From: Anolis carolinensis
Taxonomy: Eukaryota
Assembly: GCF_035594765.1 (NCBI RefSeq)
Contig: NC_085845.1
Location: forward strand, 197,548,897-197,612,896
DNA: 64,000 bases
Direction: 5' to 3'
Shown here: piece by piece, positions 49,801-62,204 of the stretch
Layout of the letters: every line of letters begins with the position of its first letter
Numbering within the stretch: the first letter of the stretch is position 1
Program-made: the position numbers and the translations under genes
The notes under the pieces: generated by a model
What the model saw: only the letters and a program-made list of their open reading frames with translations
Databases searched by the model: none
What the model was told of the DNA's origin: nothing

Positions 49801-50826
49801 AGGCAAACTTCAGCCCTCCAGGTGTTTTGGACTTTAACTCCCACAATTCCTAACAGCTGGTCCATGCCTACTATAGAATGTCTTTCCCTTCCAGAATGGA
49901 AATTGGGGATTTGATTGAATGTTCCATATATTCTTATTTCAAGATCCATGAGAACATGCAGGATTATCATGGGAATAAATATTCAGATGCAGGCCTTCGC
50001 TTTTATTGAGTTATGCATCTGCACTCTTGAAACCTTTGCTAGACATGTTAGAATACGAACATCCTGGTCAGTAACAGAAACAAGTCACCAATGGGAGGAA
50101 AATGAATAAAACAGAAGTTGAGACACATAATTCAAGGAACTAGATGTTTACTATTCAAACAGGAAATCCATTATCCAAACTAGAAATGCATTTTGATTAA
50201 TTTATATTCTTGCCTTCCAAAAAAAAAAAAAGGGAAATCGAGTCTACAAGATTAGCACAGCATTCCTAAATTAGAAAGAAATGTAACATAATAGGGAAAA
50301 TATATTGAGGTTTCAAGGACCTGCTAACTCTGTGAGGTGTACTTCAAGGGTCTAACCTTTTAAAAATTTTGACTTATACCCACTCCAAGTCAAACTGAAC
50401 ACCACCAAATCACAGAATTGTAAATTTACATTAAGAATATGGGAGTAATATGGAAAGTATGTGTATACATTATATTAATGATAAGATTGTTTGGTGTGAG
50501 TACGTTCCAGTTGTTCATCTGCATGTAATATTGAAGGAAGAGAAGGATTCAGGGAATTGTTGTATACTGTTCATTTAGCACGCTTCTGCATAAACTAAGC
50601 AATATGGCACTTTTTTGCCATCCTTCCAACCACAGGAGCTCAACAGTTTTGAAGCAACATTCCTGTAACACCAACTGTTTCTGAAACACCATTGCATTCT
50701 GCAACAGATAGTCCTTTTTACAAAACGAAAACCATGATGTAACACTGCAAGCGCATGGATATAAAAATAAACCACACCACAGTTATGCAACTGTAATACT
50801 CCACACCTAGAACCCAGGGCTGCCCC
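46870..50826 (-). other. CGGBP1: Probable long CGGBP1 3' UTR ending near AATAAA at 46888-46893
   Basis: About 4 kb downstream of the stop, almost free of repeats (one MITE fragment at ~49795), ending at a canonical poly(A) signal. Confidence 0.55.
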
Positions 50827-51324
50827 TCAGTGGTCTTCAGATTTGATCATCTGATTTGTAAACCCATCAGGCAGGTAGGCCTTCCTGAGCTGCTCTGCCT
50901 TGGGGACGGAGTTCCCATTCTTCACGTGCCGAGAGAGGAACGCTCGCACGGCGGGATGGTCGGCCTTCTCAAGGGGAATGCTGGCCTCCAGAAACATTTT
51001 TACAAAGTCGTGGACGACATTGGGTTTCTCTATTTGGGGCGCGCTGTTGCACTGCAGAGAGGCCGTCAGGGTCCTTGGCTTCTTCCGCACGGTTTGCTCT
51101 TCAAACTCACCCTTCCGCTTGGTGTGAGTCTTGGATTTGAGGTGGTCGTTGATGGCAGACTTGCGGACGTGGTTCAAGACCACGTTGCAGAAAGTGCAAT
51201 ACAACTTCCCCCCGTCTTCATACAGTTCGCTGCCAAACTCCGTGACGCGGTCCTGAGGCGTCACGTACAAAGCAGTCTTAGAGCGGCTCCGAGAAGGAGG
51301 TGGCTTCACATCAAACCGATCCAT
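50827..51324 (-). CDS. CGGBP1: CGG triplet repeat-binding protein 1 (single coding exon; hAT transposase-derived zinc finger)
   Basis: 165 aa, near-identical to human CGGBP1 (RSKTALYVTPxDRVTEFG..CxxCNVVLNHVRKSAIxDHLKSKTH..IPLEKADHPAVRAFLSRHVKNG). Acceptor at 51341. Confidence 0.97.
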   Translation of the reverse strand: MDRFDVKPPPSRSRSKTALYVTPQDRVTEFGSELYEDGGKLYCTFCNVVLNHVRKSAINDHLKSKTHTKRKGEFEEQTVRKKPRTLTASLQCNSAPQIEKPNVVHDFVKMFLEASIPLEKADHPAVRAFLSRHVKNGNSVPKAEQLRKAYLPDGFTNQMIKSEDH

Positions 51325-53159
51325 GGTTGTCTTCAGTAAGCTAATTTTTATAGGGGGGAAAGTTGAGAGAGATGTATTATATTCATATCCACCTTGTGCA
51401 ATCTCAAACTACAACAGGAGAATTTATCAAGGTTCTGCTAATTCCCAAAACTTCTCTTTTTAAAATCCTGAATATTAGAATATTGAATTGCCCTACTTTT
51501 CTGCACCAACAAATAGAACACTCTGACATTATTTCTGCCAACTATTTTCCCACCACATACAGGCACATACACATAAATATCCTATAAAGGTCTTAGACTC
51601 CATGTAAGAAGTATCTATGAAACTGTGCTCTTTGAAATAACATTTATTGAAGTAATTCAGTTTTAAGAATATTGGAATGGATCTAAGGGAGGAATAAACT
51701 ATTGTACATTGCTAACTGAGGTTTATGATAGATTGATTTTTTACATGTCCAGCTTGGGACCCAATGTGGCTTACAAAGGCTAGCTAACACCCGTTAACAA
51801 AAATTTAAAACACAATCCAACATTTATCATCTTAAATACCACCATAAATAGTTTAAAAACATAACTAAGTTTTTTTAAAATGCAGCACACACATCACAAA
51901 ATATACTTATGACTACAGTATAAAGGAACATACTATAGTCTTCATACAGTATAATATAGTACTCTCTCGGTGTTAGGGAAAGCATCCCTCTTTGAATACT
52001 AAAAGACGATCTCCAGTGGCCTATTCTGAGTCTAGCATTACTAGCAGCACAAATTCTGTTATCGATGTATTGCAGGCAACACTTACCAAATATCGATTTG
52101 CAAATCGTATTCAGAAACCAATGAAATCTAAGCCTTTTCAGAATTTGAATGCCAAGTCTGGCCTTTGGTTTATCACAAAAAACTGCCTACTTTCATAAGC
52201 TATCTTTCCAAGATATATGTAGGTGCTCCAATGGCATTTCTCAAAGCCCTTTTCATGCAGGCATCAAAAGGAACAAGGTTTCCCCCTCATGTTCACAGAC
52301 AGGGATTGCAAAGCAAATGGAGAAGAATGCAATCATATATACGAGATATATTTAATGTCCCTTGAAAAAACCTTTACATTAGTTAAATGTCTTGGGTATT
52401 ACTTCCCTTGTGTTTAATCAACATCGCAAAATTTCTGAAATATGACACCACCACAACATAAGCTACCCAAACAACATTCACCTCCCACATTTCTGCATAC
52501 TGGAGACACTGACATTTCATAGGAACTACCTCGAAAAATATATTCTGTGCACAACATCTGTGTCCCACAAGATACCCGAAAGCCCACTGCCCAACTAGAT
52601 AATTTTATCGAATTCCCCAGGCATAGCTCCTGGGGAAAGACAGGAAAAAAGAAAATACAGAAACCCCACAGAAACAGCCTTCTGGTACCTGTTACACTCC
52701 ATCCACGACTCCATGGGTGTGACGGGGAAAAGCTCAGGAATCCCACAGGAATCACCTTCCATCAAAGGCACAACATCTACATTCTGCAAAAGAATTTGGA
52801 GAGATTGGGTATTTGGGAAGTGGACATTCAAGGCTCATTTCTGGAATACAGATGTTGCGCCCAGAATCGCTACTAGAATGTGGTTTCTGTGGAGTTTCTG
52901 AATTTTCTCCTGTTTCCTCAGGGGTTGTGCACAACTGGGGAATTTGGTAAGGTGGGTATATGGGTAATGCATGTGCTGGGCTTTTTTGGGGCTGATGGAC
53001 AAACACTCATTTTATTGTGTTGTCGAAGGCTTTCATGGCCGGAATCACTGGGTTGCTGTGAGTTTTCCAGGCAACTGGGGTAGTGACATCTTTGCTTTCT
53101 AATGCTTCAATGTACACAAACTTGATATTGTGCAAACACATTACAGTATTAAAAAAATG

Positions 53160-55496
53160 TAGGTTGAGTATCCCTTATCTAAAATGCTTAGAACCAGAAC
53201 TGTTTTGGATTTTAGATTTCAAAATGCCTATCTTTGCATGCATATATACAATGAGATATCCTGCAGATGGGGAGCCAAGTCTAAGCATTAAATTAATTTG
53301 TTTCATATAAATGTTGTACACACACAGTAAAGGAAATGTTATACAATTTTTAAAATAATTTTGTGTACTGAATCAAATTTGTGTTTTTCTACCAAGGAGA
53401 ATTCTATGTTGAACTGGGTAAGTGTCTGAAAGGACTAGCCAATTATGAGAAAGTGATGGCATAGATTTCTTTTTCACAAATATTCATTTTATTGTGTTGT
53501 TGAAGGCTTTCATGGCCGGAATCACTGGGTTACAGTGAGTTTTCCAGGCTAGATGGCCATGTTCCAGAAGCATTTTTTTTCCTGATGTTTTGCCCACATC
53601 TATGGCAGACATCCTCAGAGTTTGTGGGGTCTGCTAAAAACTGGGCAAGAGGGGTTTATATATCTGTGGAAAGTCCATGGTGAGAGAAAGAATTCTTGAC
53701 TGTATGAGGCAAGTGTTAATGTGGCAAGTGGCCACCTTGATTAGCACTGAATGTCTTTGCAGCTTCAAGGACTGGCTGTTTACTGCCTGGGGGAATCCTC
53801 TGTTGGGAGATTAATACATAATATTTTAAATAATTTTGTGCTTGAAATAATGTTTGTGTACACTGAACCAACAGAAAGCAAAGGTATAAACTAACTCAGA
53901 CCCCGTCCACACAGCTGTATAAAATCCACATTGAAATGGATTATATGGCAGTGTGGACTCTGAGTCAACACTGCCATATAACCCAGTTCAAAGCAAATAT
54001 TGTGGATTATCTGCCTTGATATACTGGGTTATATGACTGTGTGAAAGGGACCTCAGAGGACAATTTTGGAGTATCCTAGAATTCAGAATAAGGCATGCTC
54101 AATCTTCAATTCTGTTTTCATATTTGTAAGGCTTTGTCAGGTGTTCAATTGCATAGTGTACTGTTTTAGCTAATTTGGGCCTCATTTTAGAGAGGGAAAA
54201 AAAAACAAGACACCAATAATAATAACAATAACAACAACAAGAAGAAGAACCACCAGCACCCAGATATTTCTCCAGCAGACTTGGGCTTTCCTTTTGAATT
54301 CAGATGTCAAGATCTCTTGGAGAAAGGACCAAAGTCTAAAGAGGAAATTCACATATCTTTCATAAGCTCCTTACCCCAAGGCTAACTATCATTCATTTAA
54401 TGCATAATATCTGAAATAACGTTGTGCATGAAACCCAGTTTGTGGACAAGGGATCATCAGAAAGCAAAGCTGTCACTGTCTCAGTGATAAATGTGGACAA
54501 TTTCGGGCGTATTTTGTAACTTTGAATAAGGGGTTGCTCAACCTGTAAAAATAATAACTTAAAACAATGTAATCTATAGTATATATAATAACTTAACTAT
54601 AAATCTATATAATCTAATATAACAATATAGAATTATAACAATATAAAACAATAACGTAATCTATATTATATATGATATTACTATAACATAATAATATAAT
54701 GTATAATTATGCGTTGTTGAAGGCTGTCATGGCTGGAATCACTGGGTTGTTGTGAGTTTTCCAGGCTATATAACCAGCATTCTCTCCTGACATTTCACCC
54801 ACATTTATGGCAGCCATCTTCAGAGCTTGAGAGGTCTGTTGGGAAACTATGCAAGTGGGGTTTATGTATCTGTGGAATGTCCAAAGTGGGAAAAAGAACT
54901 CTTTTCTGTTTGAGGCAAGTGTGAATGTTGCAACTGGCCACCTTAATTAGGATTAAATGGCCTTGCAGATTCAAGGCCTGGCTGCTTCTTGCCTGAAGGA
55001 ATCCTTTGTTGGGAGATGTTAGATGCCCTCTGTTTTCTGAGTGGTGTTACTTATTTACTGTCCTGATTTTAGAGTTTTGTAAGAAGCAGTCAGGCTTTGA
55101 ATCTGCAAAGCCATCAAATGCTAATCAAACTAGCCAATTAAAACATTCACACTTGCCTCAAACAGACAAGTGTGTTTGCCTCTCCAACCCTGGACCTTCC
55201 ACAGATATATAAACCCCACTTGCCTAGTTTAATTTCCAACAGACCTCACAACCTCTGAGGATGCCTGCCATAGATGTGGGCAAAATGTCAGGAGAGAATG
55301 CTTCTGAAACATGGCCATACAGTCTGGAAAACTAACAGCAACCCATTAATAACTGATGTAATACGTAATATTTGAAATAATTTTGTGCATGAAACCCAGT
55401 TTGTGTACAGGGTACCAGCAGAGTGCAAAGCTGTCACTGCCTCAGCCATAAATGTGGACAACTTTTGGAACTTAGAATAAGGGGTTGCTCAACCTG
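53160..55496. mobile_element. Cluster of Tigger/MER46C-like fragments interleaved with Penelope copies (~53490-53810, ~54710-55345)
   Basis: TIR-like AGGTTGAGTATCCCT / GGGTTGCTCAACCTG and the repeated internal block GCATGAAAC..TTTGTG..CAGAAAGCAAAG.TGTCACT. Confidence 0.55.
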
Positions 55497-55990
55497 AAAT
55501 AATAATAATATATAATAATAACGTAATCTATAGTACATATAATAATATTACAACAATATAATATAAAAACATATAATTACAATACAATAATAATATAACA
55601 ATAAATTCTATATTATATATTATAATATAATCTATATCATATAAAATATTACTATAACATAACAACGAAATAATAATATAATATAATCTATATTGTATAT
55701 AATATTACTATGACATAATATGATAATACATAAATATAGTAATACAATATATTCAAATATAATACTTATAAATCACTTCCCTCTCTTAAAGGAGATCCAA
55801 AACGGCTCACATTACCAAAAGCACTGCGATTTAAAACTTACACCATATAATTATTCAACAGAATCAAATCTAGCACTGATTGTTAGAATCACATCCTTAA
55901 TGTCCCTCCCCACTTTCCGTCCCCCCTCCCTCCCTGTTGCCATGGAGACCTCTTCTTTCGCCCCCCCCTTCCCCCCATCCAAGGCCTCAC

Positions 55991-56600
55991 CCTCACTGCT
56001 CCTCCTTTATCCTCGCTTTATCTCCGCCAAGCCTCCGCTGCGGCCTAGCTTGACTCGACGCGCTTCCCCGCAAGCCCCGCGACGGACAACAGACTCCACG
56101 GAGCCGCCGTGCCAGACAGGCGGACTGGCGCGGTCTGAAGGGAAAGGGGGTTGCTTCCTCTAGGCAAAGAAGGCGGGGCGACGGTCTTAGCCAATCACAG
56201 ACACCGTAGCATGCGCTATAGCCAATAGGAGATGAAGGAAAAGAGAACGGCGCTCTGTGTAGCTGACAGGGCATATATTGACGCTTCTTTTTACCAATCA
56301 CGCGCAAGGAGGAGGAGGAGATGTTTACTTTGAAGCATTGGAAATGTGGGCAGAGGCGGGGCTTTTTGGTGATCGACCAGACTGCTGCCCAATCCACGTC
56401 GTGGGCGTGACGCTTCGATTGTCGGAACAGGCCTAAGGTCTAACCATTCCGGTGACGGAGAGGCGGAGTTCGGAATTGAGTGACAAGGCGGTGAGCCAGT
56501 CGGAGAAGGGGAGAAAGGGGGAGAGGCGCCGGAAACGGAAGAAGGGATGTCCATCCGGGAGCTGGAGCTCGGTGGGGACGCGCAGGGCGGCCGGAGCAGC
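55991..56600. promoter_or_regulatory. Bidirectional CpG-island promoter of CGGBP1 (non-coding exon 1, donor at 55991) and ZNF654
   Basis: CpG-rich, with four CCAAT boxes (~56191, 56222, 56294, 56389), GC boxes and an NRF1-like GCATGCGC. Head-to-head genes as in mammals. Confidence 0.85.
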
Positions 56601-56717
56601 ATGGCGGAAGACGAGAGCGACCAGGAATCGGAGCGGCTGGGCGAGGAGCTCCAGGCCTTGGCCGGGCCACGCCTCCCCTCTGCCAGCAGCCAGCACTACT
56701 GCTACCGCTTCTGCCAG
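56601..56717 (+). CDS. ZNF654: ZNF654 first coding exon (later exons lie outside the window)
   Basis: MAEDESDQESERLGEEL...SSQHYCYRFCQ|GTGAGC matches human MAEEESDQEAERLGEEL...SSRDYCRRFCQ; head-to-head with CGGBP1. Confidence 0.9.
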
Positions 56718-57074
56718 GTGAGCGGCCTCCCCCAGCCACACGCGCACTTATCGCGCAACTGCCCCGCTTTAGAGGCCGGCTGTCACTTGGGGGAGTTTCC
56801 TGGCTGTGTGTCCTGGCACCACTTCACCTGTCACGGCCTCCATGTCTCCTCCCTCTGTAGGCCTTCCCCAGTCTCTTGCCTGGAAGGAGGCGGTTGAAGA
56901 GGTGTCAAACCGAATTAAAACCCCAGTGCAGATGCTCCCCCCCTTGTCATAGCCATTTTTCCCTGAACCTCTCTTCGGTCGGAATTCAAAATGGCCTGCG
57001 CAGATTATGTATTTCAGCAAGGACAAATGTATGACGCTACACTGAGGAGGAAATAAATTGAATGCATTTTTTAT

Positions 57075-58790
57075 CACTGGGTTGCTGTGAATTTTCCGGG
57101 CTGTATGGGCATGTTTCACCTGACGTTTCGCCTTCATTTTTGGCAGGCATCCTCAGAGGTTGTGAGGTCTGTTGGAAACTAGGCAAGTGGGGTTTATATA
57201 TCTGTGGAATGACCAGGGTGGGAGAAAGAACTCTTGTCTGTTTGAGGCATTTATGAATGTTGCAGTTGATCACCTTGATTAGCATTGAATAGCCTTGCAG
57301 CTTCAAAGCCGGACTACTTCCTGCCTGGGGGAATCCTTTGTTGGGAGGTGTTTGCTGGTCCTGATAATTTCATGCCTAGAATTCCCATTTTCTAAATGCT
57401 AATCAAGGTGGCCAATTACAACATTCACACTTGCCTCAAGCAGACAAGATAAACCCCACTTGCCTAGTTTCCAACAGACCTCACAACCTCTGAGGGTGCC
57501 AGCTATAGATGCAGGCGAACTGTCAGAGGAGAATACTTCTGGAACATGGCCATACAGCCCAGAAAACTCACACCAACCCAGTGATTCCGGCCATGAAAGC
57601 CTTTGACAAAACATTTCATATTATATACAACATTATACAATATAAATTCCCTTCTGTCCTTTAGAAAGAAAGTTAAAACCTGGCTATGGAACCAAGTGTT
57701 TGGAGAGTAGTAGATTGCAACATGCAACAATGAAGTTAATGGATTGTATTGAAACAGCTTCTGGATTACAATTTCGAGTATCTGTGCAATGATTTTAACA
57801 GTCAATTTAATATGTTGTCGCAGGCTTTCATGGCCAGAATCACTGGGTTGCTGTGAGTTTTCCGGGCTGTCCTGCCATGTTCCAGAAGCATTATCTTCTG
57901 ACATTTCTCCCATATCTATGGCAGGCATCCTCAGAGGTTGTGAGGTCTCTTGGAAACTAGACAAGTGGGCTTTATATATCTGTGGAATAATGTCCAGGGT
58001 GGGAGAAAGAACTCTTGTCTGTTTGAGGCATGTGTGAATGTTGCAATTGATCACCTTGATTAGCATTTAATGGCCTTGCAGATTCCAAGCCTGTCTGCTT
58101 CCTGCCTGAGGGAATCATTTATTGGGAGGTGTTAGCATGCCCTGATTGTTTCAAGCCTGCACACAACCTACAAACTAACTACTGACTCGCTAAGAAAATC
58201 CAAGAAATTCTATGTTCGGCAAAGGAGAAGAGGGAGCCTCTCACCTCTGCAGGAGTCTCCTGTATACCATTCAGCTGTGGGCAAGTCTACATAGGGAACA
58301 CCAAACACAGCATTGTCCAAACACGAATAAAAAAACACAAAAGGAACTGCAGACTAATTCAACCAGAGAAGTCAGCCATAGCAGAGCATTGATGAACCAA
58401 CTAGGACACAGCATATTATTTGAGAACACAGAAATACTGGACCACTCTCACAATCACCATGTCAGACTACACAGATAAGCCATTGAAATCCACAAGCATG
58501 TGGACAATTTCAGCAGAAGGGAGGAAACCATCAAAATGAACAAAATCTGGCCGCCGGTATTAAGAAACTCTAAAATCAGGACAGTAAATAAAAAACATTC
58601 AGAAAACAGGGGAATTCCAGGCATGAAACAATCAGGGCCAGCGAACACCTCCCAACAAAGGATTCCCTCAGGCAGAAAGCAGCTAGGCCTTGAAGCTACA
58701 AGGCTATTCAATGCTAATCAAGCTGACCAATTGCAACATTCATACTTGCCATACATGGCCATACAGCCCGGACAACTCACAGCAACCCAG
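57075..58790. mobile_element. Two Penelope inverted pairs (~57075-57610, ~57812-58790); intact hammerhead core at 57119-57159 (minus)
   Basis: Pseudo-LTR motif in both orientations; GIY-YIG end peptide HSILFENTEILDHSHNHHVRLHR. Confidence 0.8.
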
Positions 58791-59524
58791 TCTATTTAAT
58801 GTATATATGTTAATGTTTTTATGATTTTTATTGATTTTAATGTGTAATGCAAATTTTAAAACTTGGAAGCTGCTCTAAGTTTTCTCCAGGGTTGAGCTAG
58901 AGCAGGGTACAAATTCAGTAAATAAATAAATGATATATGAGAATGATCCTGGAGTCTTCGAGGACAACAAGTGGAACATGACTCAAGAGTGTGATGTAGA
59001 AGCTCAAAAAGCCAATGAGTTTCTGGGCTGCATCAAAAGAAATGCAGTGTCTAGACCAGGCATGGGCAAACTTGGGATCTCCGGGTGTGTTGGACATCAA
59101 CTCCCACAATTCCTAACAGCCCACCAGCGCTTGCCTGGTCAAGATCGAGGGAAGGTGGATCTGTAATTGGTTAAGCAACCAAACCCAACGGGTGCACAAC
59201 AAAGGTTTCTCTTCATCCTAGCACTTTGGCACTGACTAGCACTTTGGCACTGTTTGGCCTTGTATATCATCATCACACTTTTTTACATAAAATCATTCAT
59301 CATTTTATACTTTTAATTGCACCTTTTTAATTTAGATCCTTTGGTGTAAATGTGTATGATAAGGTTTTTGTATTTTTAACTCTTCTTTGTTTGTCTCTTA
59401 AGTTTTTGTTTATATTGATTCAATTTATTTGTTGTTTTGATATATTTTATTGCTTTCTGAGTCCTGCCGGGGAGATAGGGTGGCTTATGTGTAAATTATT
59501 ATTATTATTATTATTATTATTATA

Positions 59525-60490
59525 GTGGAGTGCCATAAAAAGGGTTCGATCCTGGGCCAGTACTATTCAACATCTTTATTAATGATTTGGATGAAGGTTT
59601 AGAGGGCATGCTGATCAAGTTTGCAGATGACATCAAATTAGGAGGGATAGCTAATACTCCAGAAGACAGGATCAGGATTCAAAAGGACTTTAATAGATTA
59701 GAGAGCTGATTGGCCTAAACTAACAAAATGAATTTCAACAAGGACAAATGTAAGATGCTACACTTAGGCAGAAAAAATGTAATGCAAGGATACAAAATGG
59801 GTGATGCCTGGCTTAACAACCGTCCATGTGAGATAGATCTTGGAGTCTTCATGAACAACTAGTTGAACATGAGTCAATAGTGTGATGCAGCAGCTAAAAA
59901 AATCAATGGGATTTTGGGCTGCATCAAAAGGAGCATAGTGTCTAGAGATCAAGTACAGTCATGGTGCTTTTCTATTCTGCTTTGGTTAGACCTCACCTAG
60001 AATACTGTGTCCAATTCTGGGCACAACACTTCAAAAAAGATATTGACAAACTGCAATGTGTCCAGAGGAGACACATAGATCAAAGGTCTGGAGACCATGA
60101 ATCCCTATGAGGAGCGATCAAAGAACTGGGTCTGTTTTGCCTTCAGAAGAGAAGGTTGACGAGACATGTTGGCCATGTATAAATATGTAAAAGAATGCCG
60201 TAAAGAAGAGGGAGCAGGCTTGTTTTCTGCTACCCTGGAAACTAGGACTCGGAGCAATGGGTTCAAATTACAGGAAAGTAGATTCCACCTGAACATTGGG
60301 AAGAACTTCCCAAGCGTACGAGCTGTTCAACAGTGGAACTCTCTGCCTCGGAGTCCAGTGGAAGTTCCTTCCTTGGAGGCTTTTAAACAGAACCTGGATG
60401 GACATCTGGTGTTTTGATTATGCTTTTCCTGGCAGGGGTTGGACTATATGGCCTATGTGGTCTCTTCCAACTCTATTATTCATGATTCTC
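59525..60490 (+). mobile_element. CR1 LINE 3' portion (other CR1 pieces at ~20700-21030, ~38220-38730, ~41340-41700, ~44305-44640, ~58940-59055)
   Basis: RT peptide [52 protein letters not shown]; CR1 3' tail. Confidence 0.88.
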
Positions 60491-62151
60491 CTTTCTCTCT
60501 ATTTTTTCTGCCCCCGTTATTTTAATTCTCCATATGTTTTTAATTCAGGCAGCTGACAGTGACTGAGACCCATTGAGTTCACACTCTTAACGACCTTGAA
60601 CATGCTTATTGCCATTCAGTGCTTCCCAAACTTTGGTCCTCTGGGTGTGTTTTGGACTTCAGCTCTCAGAAGCCCCAGCCAGTTTGACCAATTGCCAGGA
60701 ATTGTGGGAACCGAAGTCCCAAACGCCTGGAGGACCGCAATGTAGGGACCACTGAGGCTTTCGTTCTGGGATTCAGAGAGAGAAAGGGACTCACACTGCT
60801 CAGATATACGAATATAGCATTATGATTTCACCTTAACAGCCACAGCCCTATCTAATATAGAACTGGGATATTTATAGTTTAGGGAAGGGTACTGGGGGCC
60901 CAGTCTGGTGTGGTGTTTTGAGTTTACAACTCTGCAGGCCAGGGTTTGGATCCCTGCTCTCTCATAGAGACCCACTGGGTGACTTAAGGTGAGTCACACC
61001 TCTCAGCCTCAGAAAACCCTTGATGGGTCACCTAAGTTCACCATAAATCAGAAATGACTTCAAGGTATACAACTATAACAACTTGGAATGATCAGCCAGA
61101 GAGATTTTGTAGCTCTCCAAACTACAAACCCCAGAATTCTGTGTGAAGCCATCATAGCAACCAAAAATCGGAATCACAATGCTTTATATGCATAGAGTGA
61201 AAGAGTCTATAGTGTCAATGGAGAAAGTGGCCAGGGAAGGGGTTGTCTGTGAAGTTGTTATAGGGCTTGATAGTTCTGTCACTGGGGTCATCTACACTAC
61301 AGAATGCAGTTTGACAGCACTTTAATTGCCATGGCTCAATGCTATGGCATATTGAAAGCTGGGTCTGTAGCCTTCTTTGCCAAAGAATGCTCCTGCCTTA
61401 CCAAACTACAACTCTCATAATTCGAGTGAGTTTCTGGGGACAAGGAGGGAGGTTCTTCTCAGGAAGTTTTTAAACATAGGCTATATGGCAAGCATGGGCA
61501 AGTGTGGGCCCTCCAGGTGTTTTGGACTTCCAACTCCCACAATTCCTAACAGCCTACCTACCGGCTGTTAGGAACTGTGGGAGTTGGAAGTCCAAAACAC
61601 CTGGAGGGCCAAAGTTTACCCATGCCTGCTATATGGCCACTTGTCACAAGTGCTTTGATTGTGTTTTCCTGCATGACAGAACGGGGTTAGTCTGCGTAGC
61701 CTTTGGTCCCTTGCAACTCTAAGATTCTCTGAAAAATGAAAAGTAGGCCTTATTTGAAAATGCAATCTGGCTTTTGGAATTAAAAACTCTCTTTTAGCTT
61801 TTATTGTTTGATCCCTAGATAAGAGAACGTGGCTCATTGTGGTAACTCTTCTATGATAATGAAATTGTTTCATGACCTGAGAGCTGTCCTTTTTCTGCCA
61901 ATTGAGTTGCAATTTGAGAACTTGATCTGAACTATTCTTTGTCAAGATTGTTGTGCTGAAGTATTGAAAAGTGTGTGGCTGTTTGTTCTTAGTTTATTAA
62001 CAAGTTGCTATTACTTGGTTCTGAATATTTAGCATTTTCAGGCTTGTTTTGTTTTGTTTAATAAAGTGGACTGTGGCTTATGCTTGCAAGTAAGTCTCAT
62101 GAGAGTCCATGAAGGCAAATATGTATTTGTGCACTTTAGAAAAGAAAAATA

Positions 62152-62156
<5 letters not shown>

Positions 62157-62201
<45 letters not shown>
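62157..62201. repeat. (TA)n microsatellite; (TAA/TTA)n tracts also at ~2770-2812, ~6621-6669, ~34285-34325
   Basis: Direct reading of the sequence. Confidence 0.95.

Positions 62202-62204
<3 letters not shown>

Noticed and set aside
50827-51324. Functional link between CGGBP1 (reported to modulate CTCF at repeats) and the nearby CTCF array
   Set aside because: The protein acts in trans, and nothing in the sequence supports more than coincidence.
50830-51339. 169-aa plus-strand ORF over CGGBP1 (also 25307-25810 over the nuclease and 33873-34199 over sushi-2)
   Set aside because: Antisense shadows of real coding exons.
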